DNA from: Chrysomallon squamiferum
Lineage: Eukaryota > Animalia > Mollusca
Assembly: GCA_012295275.1 (NCBI GenBank)
Contig: CM022669.1
Coordinates: 1,612,001-1,676,000 of the forward strand
Reading direction: 5' to 3'
DNA: 64,000 nt
This document shows, piece by piece, positions 55,435-64,000 of this stretch (positions are counted from its first letter, which is position 1; each line of letters starts with the position of its first letter). The notes under the pieces are model-generated. The model saw nothing but the letters and a program-made list of their open reading frames with translations. It did not search any database and was not told where the DNA came from. The position numbers were made by a program, and so were the translations under genes.

Positions 55435-58400
55435 CTGACATTTTTAAAATTTATTTTATTGGCTTTACTGTCCACATGATGTTATTACATTAGAAATCTA
55501 CATAATAATGATTGGTTTTGATTGGACAGCAAAAACAAGACAACCAGTCAACCAAATTAAAGGCATGACTGAGAAATCAGAATAATACAAATGACATCTA
55601 AAAACTGATTGTATTTCAACTAAACTGAAATAAAAGTAAATTTTGAACAAAGAAAAAATAAAATGATAAAAGATAGAAATTTAATCATAGACGTTTTTGG
55701 CATTCACCTTTATCAAACTAAAGAAAAATGATAAGAGATTAATTTAAAAAAATAAAATAAAAAAAGGGAATTAAAAATGAAATTAATAAAAAAAAAAATT
55801 AAAAAATAAAATTATATATATATATTAATACAAAATAGAAACAAAATTAATCTAATGAAAGTTAAAAAATATATATACATATATACTTTTCTATTCGTTT
55901 ACAAATCATTCATTATTGACAAACATTCAAAATTAATTTTTAACAGTTACAAAATAGGTATGAAGGTTGTTTGGTTTTAACTGATAAAAAAAAAGGTACA
56001 ATAATGTAGACAGAACATTTTGGTACACAAATATTAAATAATATAAGACAATAAAAATTTAAATTATTTGTGAAATTCAGGTTGTTGGGTAAACCCAAAA
56101 AATTAAATTAAATAAATAAATTCATTGCAACATTCAAGACAAAAAAAAAAAAAAAAAAAAAAGAAATTAAAGGCATCTGTGATAAATGCATTTAATATTT
56201 AATATTTTATCAGAATATAATAATTTATATTAAAAAAAAGAAAAAAAAAAGGCATTCTTAAAAATAATACATTCTGATCCAGTCTGAATAAATCAAAACC
56301 AAATACAAAAGAGCCTAACGTTTTTCTGATCAGTATAGATTACTAGAATCAAATAAATTTTCTTTTTTTCTGTATCTGTTTTTTAAATCACAAATTTATT
56401 TTGAAACTAACCAAGATTAAGAAATATCAGGGTAAGTAAGCTGATTAATTTTCAGTTTGATAAAGCCATCAACTTTCTCATACATGGCATAATTACTTAA
56501 GAGGAAATAACTGAAGGTGAGAGGAATATTATAATGTAAGCATTAACTCCCGGGGGAGCCAATTCATTTATTTAAGCAATCAGTTGCCAAGGGAGTTAAC
56601 TACTGCAAGATACAGATTCTCAAAGGAGCTAGAATTGTGAACTCTTTGGTTAAAGTGTAGACGGTCATACTAGTTGCATAGATCAGAGCCCAGAATACCA
56701 GAACACCACACATAATAAAGAAACATTTTATACGCCACATTATACAAAAAAAAACACTGACATCTCTAATAACAGTATTTAGTTAACATTAAACCTACAG
56801 ATTTTTCTGCGTAAGACTATGCCTATACAAAACACATTTTGAAGAACACAATTAACGATAAGACAAATGTACGATTAAGATAATACATACAGTGACACTG
56901 ATATCACCAGCTAGAAATGTATGATTTATTAATTAGGAAAATAATCATTTTAAACATCAACATAAAAATTAACATTAAGATGAAATTCCAGACAAATTTG
57001 TAATTTGATTTTAATTAAGACAGAGACAGCTCTCTTGTAGTTGTGTTTTAATGAAATCAAATAGTAGTGTTTCATACAGTTGTAATTTACATTCAGTCAA
57101 ATGAGATTGTCTCTTACAGATATAATTTACATTCTGTCAAATGGGATTGTTTCCTTCAGTTGCAATTTACATTAAGTCAAATGGGATTGTTTCTTACAGT
57201 TGTAATTTATATTAAGTCAAATGGGATTGTTTCTTACAGTTGTAATTTAAGTCAAATGAGAATGTTTCTTAAAGTTGTAATTTACATTAACTCAAATGAG
57301 ATTATTTTTTACAGTGTAATTTATATTATTAACTCAGTGAGGTCTGTTATATTCTCCTAAAACTCACTCATCACAATCTGCATGAGAACAGTGTGTAAAC
57401 ACCAGGGTTACACTGAACAAAACTAAACAAAATCCAGAAAATATAATATTGTCATTATTGCTACTTTATAATTTTATGAAGGCCAAAATAAAAAAGAAAG
57501 AGAATCCTTATTAACTTGAAATAACTAAATACTGTTACATAAAATGTGGCTATGATTTTTTCACATTATGCAGATTTGTGGCTCAGTTAATTAACCTCTT
57601 TTAATTAACAATAATTATAAAATTATTAAGCAAATATAATCCTTTAACAACCTTAAAACTGCTGGTATTATATTTGATAATATTCTTTTCACTTCATATT
57701 TTTCACTGGCCAAAGAATATGATAAATTTATTCATATAAATTTTTTATTAAAAATTAACACATTAAAAACACTAATAAATATATATAATAATGCATGTTT
57801 TTTATTTATTTATTTTTTATTTTTATTTTTTTCTGCATGTTTTTTTTGGGTGTGGGGGTGGTGTTCCTGGTTTTCTTGGGGCATTTTTGCTCTTTTTTTT
57901 TTCTTTTCTTGTTTCTCTCATCCTTTTAATTCTTCTTTTTTAAAAATAATATTTATAAAATTTAAAAAATAAAATACCGAATTATTTTACAGAAACTAAA
58001 TTTTACAATCAAAACCTGTCTAAAGTATTTCTTTTTTGTTACAAATTGTGTAAAGGAATTAATTTTATGTTTCAAAAATTACATAACATAAGTACATTTA
58101 AAAAATTAAGTAATTCAAAATAAGTACACACCAAGATTGTAAAGAAATAGAAATATTGCAAAGTTTTTATACAATAATAAAGATTGTAAAATAAGGTCTC
58201 CTATATATATACAACAATATGCTATTTGTATAAGTGATATAAATTCCATTTAAATTTATATATAAATATTATATGCAATATCCATATCAAAAAGAAAACT
58301 GAACTATTGTTTAAGCTCTTCATTACATACAGAAATACAACATATTGATAAATAAATGGAACAGAAAGATATGCCTGCTACATGTACAAAGAAAATGTAT

Positions 58401-59433
58401 TATACATATGAAATCTATACATGACATGAAATCAACACAAAGTTAAACTAATTTCTGTGGCACTTCATGATAAGTCATAAACTAATTAGACAGTCTGATT
58501 AATATTAAATTACATACATTACATATACAGTCTTTTTCTTCCATTATTCAGTGTTACTGCTATGTATTTAAATCCGAAAAAAGAACATTACATCAGAACA
58601 AAACCAGAAAGTAATATTAAGGTCAAGTTTTGCATAATTTTTTGCACATCTATTCTATATATTATAATTCTTTTTTTTCTTTTTTTTTTAACATGTTAAA
58701 GCTTAATCACGGCTTAAAAATTATAATCTTAAAAATGAAAAATGAAAAATCTAAGTTATTTATTTGTCAAATAATAATAATAATTAAAAAAATAATAAAT
58801 ATTTTTTTTTAATATAAACAATTGTTAACATACGTTTTTATGGTTTTTTATTAGTGTTTCTGTCTCAGATTACATTATGTGGAGGTAATGTTTGAAGCTC
58901 TTTTTTACTGCTTTCTTCATGGGTCCTGACAAGGGTTAATTTATTACAAATGTCTGTCAACAGAATAAAACAACTTTTAAACTGAACATAATTTATGTAG
59001 TTTAAATTATACATGTGAAATAAACTTAATGAAAATTATTATTCTTATTCATTATTAATACTGATGGGTGAATAACATCCTGATGGTAACAGATTCAAAA
59101 TGTGCTTAACCACAGGATGCTGGATTAAACCATTTAAAACTGCACTAAACAGAACTATTAAAAAGAAAAAATAATTAAGTTCCATGATATAAAACACATA
59201 TCAGAATGACACAAAATTATCTGAGGTAAAAAAACAAAAATCTTTGATTTATTATGTTTAAAATTGCCAAAGCAGTAATTTATTTATTACCTATATATTT
59301 TTCTAAGTTCACCAAATCAAAAATTTATTCATCATGAAGATACTTTTATTCTTATACACTTACACACAAAGAAAAAAGAAATGCATGCATACAGCCAACA
59401 TGTACCCATTATCTCCGATGACATCAGTTCCTA
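55435..59433 (-). other. Probable long 3'UTR of furin
   Basis: U-rich on the minus strand and CpG-poor like the gene body. Tandem AATAAA signals (minus) at 55450-55460 are followed by GU-rich sequence. Proximal AATAAA signals at 59283-59288 and 59324-59329 are alternatives. The end point is inferred. Confidence 0.4.
57068..57340. repeat. 40-bp minisatellite, ~6-7 copies
   Basis: Consensus cttacagttgtaatttacattaagtcaaatgRgattgttt. It accounts for the spurious ORF 57067-57360. Confidence 0.92.
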
Positions 59434-59963
59434 TCAAGCTACTGGCTGGTTATTTAAGTTCACACGATGTTGGTGTGAATCTTCTGTTTCTGTGTCTCCA
59501 CATTCTGCAGGTATTTCAGGCACCACACCATTGTACCGCCCCTTTGACAAGTCTGGATGGTAAATATTTTTAACTTTCCAGCACAGTTTACTCTGTTCTC
59601 GAGCCTGCATAATTCCAAACACCACAGTGAAGAGAAGAATCCCTCCAATGCACAAGATTATCGCCCATGCTAAGTGTTTCATGACTTCAGGGTCAAGGAA
59701 GTCCCAAATCATTTTCTTGTGACAGAAGTCTTCCTTCTGTTCATATCCTTGGTTACACTGGAAGCAGTCCTCAGCAAGAGGACCTTTACAAGTGAGGCAC
59801 GATGCGTGACATTGCCTGCACACTCCTTGTGTTTGGAGTAGAGACTTGGAGCCATTGCGACGGCTTGGAGATGTCAGATGGACAGCTTCAACAATTCCAT
59901 AATAGTGTTCAGGACAATGTCCTACACATTTGTCAGCCATCTTGAAAAATCCTGGTTTACATT
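59434..59963 (-). CDS. FURIN: Last coding exon of a furin-type proprotein convertase (Cys-rich repeats, TM helix, cytoplasmic tail); upstream exons lie mostly beyond the window
   Basis: Acceptor ttttttttatttcag| at 59964-59965, phase 1, then (E)CKPGFFKMADKCVGHCPEHYYG...CRQCHASCLTCKGPLAEDCFQCNQGY...C. This fits the furin-like repeat CxxCHxSCxTCxGPxxxDCxxC. It is followed by the hydrophobic helix LAWAIILCIGGILLFTVVFGIM and the tail VKNIYHPDLSKGRYNGVVPEIPAECGDTETEDS, which parallels the human furin tail as I recall it (VKVYTMDRGLISYKGLPPEAWQEECPSDSEEDE). Stop TAG at 59434-59436. The ATG at 59940 in the ORF track is internal. Confidence 0.92.
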
Positions 59964-62835
59964 CTGAAATAAAAAAAATAAAATAAAATGCTATTTGCTT
60001 TGTAAAATTATTTTATAATTATTATAGAACCCTTTTGGGTTTTTTTATTATTATTATTATTATTTTTATTGCTACTTTTAGTAGACACTGATATAAAATT
60101 TGGCAAAAATGCTTAACAATAAAAAATTAAAATACTCTGTCATTAAAACATTTAAAATTTTTTATACCTTTTTAAAAATAAATTAGTTGTATGAAAATTA
60201 TAAGGAAACATTTTAGAAAGAGAAAAAAACAAACAACATAACACAACAAAGAAAATTCCAAACGTAAGAATAATACTTTTGTTTAACTGCAATAGGAACA
60301 AAATAATATTCTACAAAATGCATATAATTTAATCAGATCTAAACTGATGTTATTAACAATAATAATAAAAATAATAACAACCACAGTGACAGAAATAAAT
60401 TGTTCATATTTAGAAAAAGATGACCTTCCTTGATATTATGAAAAAGACAATCCACACCACAATGCAACATTATAATAAATGCAAACAAATCCTATATTAA
60501 TATTGGATTTTTTTACTCTGTCTGACTGCATGCAAATTTGTTTTTGCTTTTGGCAATTTTATTTTATGATTATTATTATTAATTTTTTTTTTTTTTAAAG
60601 AATATTTATATTATAATTTTGTTAACTGTATTCTTTTAAACAATAAAATAAAATAAATAAATTTAAATAATAATTATTATTTTATTTTACAACAGAATTA
60701 AACAAAACAAATTATTCTAACATAGGAAAAGAGAATTAATTCACAAATTGAAACTGAAATATAAAGCCAATGCAGCAAATTTCACTCCTATCTGTGACAA
60801 AGTTCTTCTGATGTCATGTACTTAAAATTATTATAAACTGCAACTCTAAGAAACACACATACATACACATACATACAGATTCAGTGATAAATAATTTGTA
60901 GCTGAAATAAAATGAGCTCACATAGTTTACAAATTACATGCAACATTACACAGTATACCAAAAAGATAACATCTCTAAAACCTTTTTAATATGTCCATTT
61001 ATTACAAATATTCTTATATGTCTCCTGTTGTGCAAATTTAAAGACTAGCTTAATCAAGGTATTTTTTAATAAAAATGTAGCATTAGATTTTAATGGTTTA
61101 GACCTGATATTTAAGATAATAATTTTACAAAATAACTACTTCATTAATAATAATTAAAAAAAACTGAAGAAGAATTAAGTAAATTAATAAAAAAATATTC
61201 TTAAAGTTTAGCCCTGAGGAAAATACAATATAATTATAAAATATTTAATGTTCCAGTAATTCAAAATCTAATGTTATACGTTACAGATACAAGCTATTTG
61301 AAAACACTATAAAAATAAATGTAACTTCATCTGTTTGATGTCCTGCATGAACGTTCTTCAAAGTTACATCCACTTTAGTAGTTTTAGTTGAGCAGTATGT
61401 AATATTTCCTCCAAAAGATGAGTTGATTTCTTTGAGTAATCAGTAGTTGCGAAGACATCTAATAATTATGTTGAAATCCATAGGAATTTGTATTTAAATC
61501 CACCTGAATTTTTTTTCAAATCCACAGGTTTCACCAAAACACTTAGGCATTTACATTCAAGTTTACAGATATTTGTTTTATTCACATGGTAATTTGTTTT
61601 GTGCACATAATTTATATAAAAAAAATACATAGTTGTTTTTTAATAAGAGCATAAGTTTGTGTGTCATCCTCAATGTGTATCTATCTATATTTTTAAGTGG
61701 ATAGAGATTTTCTTCCAGGACACATATTAACTGTAAGCCAGGACTGATGATATTCAGTGGTTGCATCCAAGCAATATCACATTAGTATGCATTACATTTC
61801 ATTTTGAGAGAAAACAACCATAAGAATAATGAAATATTTTCTTGGCAGTTATAAATGTTAAAAATATTTTTTAAAAAAGAAGAAAGAAATGAATATATAA
61901 TAATATTAATAATAAAAACAAAGAAATTAATAATAATAATAGTTATTGTTATTATGACATATTTTATTTATTACATTTATTCATTATGAATATTTTTTTG
62001 TTAAACAGCAATTTATGTCAAAACAACAAATACTGTATGTGCTTTGGGAACAGATATGAAAAAACAATGTGTCTGAATCTATGCCCAAAAGAAATTTATT
62101 TTCAATTCACTTTTTTGTAATAGAAAATAATGAATGAATAAAGGCAAATATTTTCATCTGCATATTATTTTCATGCCTGGATAGAAAGTAACACACAAGT
62201 AACTGATGTTAGTGGAAATCAGGTTACTTTGTTATAATTTAAAGTAGGACCAATTCTCACATACAATATTAGGTCCATCAGAATGGTTATTATTTTTTAA
62301 TGTATGCACAAATATACAAATATATAAACACAAAATATACATTCATAAATGTTTTAACCCTTAAATCTATTCCTGTACAATCAACATAAGCAAAACTCTT
62401 GTCAAACCTATTTTGATTACACAATGGACGTTTGTTAGTGAAATGCATTCAAGAGAAGGTTCAGCAAAGTGCATAAAACTACTCACTAAGAATTTACATT
62501 GGCATCAGTGTGGCAAATTAAGATAACTTAAAACTGGCCTATGGATCATAATGCTGGGTATATTATAGAGACATCTTGATTTTAAAACACTAGTTTCTAA
62601 CAGAAATTCAGGAAGTTTGTATTATAAACAAGAACAAAAGCTTAATTAACCTCATTTCAGCTAAAATGAAGGACAGTTTATGTCAGTCAAGGTGGTTGGT
62701 TTATAAAGCTTCTTAAATATAAATCAGGGAACTTTCATGTTAGTATGAGGATTAAGAGTTTTGAGGCTGCAGGCAAAATACTGGGGGTTGTCTAGGCAGA
62801 GAATTAAAACAAAAACAAAAATATTTAGAACTCAC

Positions 62836-62874
62836 CTGTTTTTGTAACTTCTTTGTATCTTGGAAAGGTGAAAG
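62836..62874 (-). CDS. Candidate 39-nt internal exon of the furin gene (xFTFPRYKEVTKT)
   Basis: Consensus donor CAG|GTGAGT at 62835 and acceptor ttgccag| at 62875-62876. The frame is open, and the final G joins AA of the last exon to give GAA (E) in frame. An alternative acceptor would give a 23-nt exon (62836-62858). No homology support. Confidence 0.35.
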
Positions 62875-63953
62875 CTGGCAATGTGATGCCAGTAAAAGGA
62901 CAATAAAAGCATCAAGAGATTTATTTTTATTTTATCCTATATTATTATTTTTACTCAGATGGCCTAAACTGAATCATGCTGTTTCATACAAGTCATAATG
63001 AGTGAAATATTGTAACACTGAATTAAAAACATAAATAAATCAACAATAATAATAATAGCCATTAAATCTAATTTAGTTTTATATATTATAAAAATATAAA
63101 AAAAAAAAAGAAAAAAAAAGGTAGGTTATATATATCTATATATATATATATATATACTAATTTGAATAAAAATAATAACTGATACTAAAATTTAAAATAA
63201 AAATAAAAAATAAATAAAATAATAGATTTAGTACAACATACAGTATAATTTGATGACATATTTTATTACTGAGAATATAAAACTATATGATATACAATAA
63301 GAAATTTATATGTAACTTACATCATATTAACAATGAAATTAATATCAATGAAATTAACATTTAACATGTTCATATCAGCAACTCTAAATACTTGTTACTA
63401 ACAGATTATCTTACTCTTATATATATATATAAAAATGTAAGTTACACAAATACCCGTGCATGATCAAAAATTTTTTTATAAAAAGATTTACATTTTTTTT
63501 TTGAAGTTTATGAATAGTAAAAAAAAAAAAAAAAAAGAAAAATTATAATAAAAAAGAAAATTAAAAATAAATTTAAGATGATTTTTGATTATGAAAAGCT
63601 CGACTAGAAATGATTTGACATTAGTGATAACAAATTATTTAAATATTATTATACTTTTTCTTAATACAACAGTGATTTATATTCTTTTTTTTCTTGTTAT
63701 TTTCAGTGAACTTACAGTAGAAAAATTAAAAATTGAAAATTTTTACAAAAATAAATTGAAAACACAATTAAAATCTATTAATATAATAACTATATGGATT
63801 GTCTATCATAATTATTAAAAAAATATTTGAATTTATAAATGATCAAAATATAAAAATACAATAATAATAATAAGAAAACGATGTAATTTGGTAAATGGAC
63901 AAAAATTATAAGAAATGAAGATATATAAATATTACATATTTCAAAACAAGGAA

Positions 63954-64000
<47 letters not shown>

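Noticed and set aside
59334-59648. ORFs overlapping the furin exon on the other strand or frames
   Set aside because: These are shadows of the real coding exon.
61320-61510. Slightly GC-richer intronic patch as an alternative furin exon
   Set aside because: Stops interrupt the frames checked and there is no good acceptor/donor pair.

Overview
This is AT-rich, microsatellite-dense animal DNA. The repeat landscape suggests a mollusc, possibly a cephalopod, but that is inference. It is not prokaryotic and shows no CRISPR, rRNA or intact tRNA. The only firm coding feature is the terminal coding exon of a furin-type proprotein convertase on the minus strand (59434-59963: Cys-rich furin repeats, TM helix, tail with YxxPhi and an acidic cluster). 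A candidate 39-nt exon lies upstream of it and a probable long 3'UTR of about 4 kb follows it. The other ~55 kb holds two decayed LINEs, tandem tRNA-SINE-like remnants, TIR/MITE remnants, three clear minisatellites plus one decayed one, and a near-perfect 42-bp hairpin. It also holds a speculative chain of short minus-strand exons that splice in frame, which could be the 5' end of a gene with several alternative first exons running off the left edge. Nearly all ORFs in the supplied track are microsatellite or low-complexity artefacts. I found no convincing novel biological system. The best leads are listed as hypotheses.
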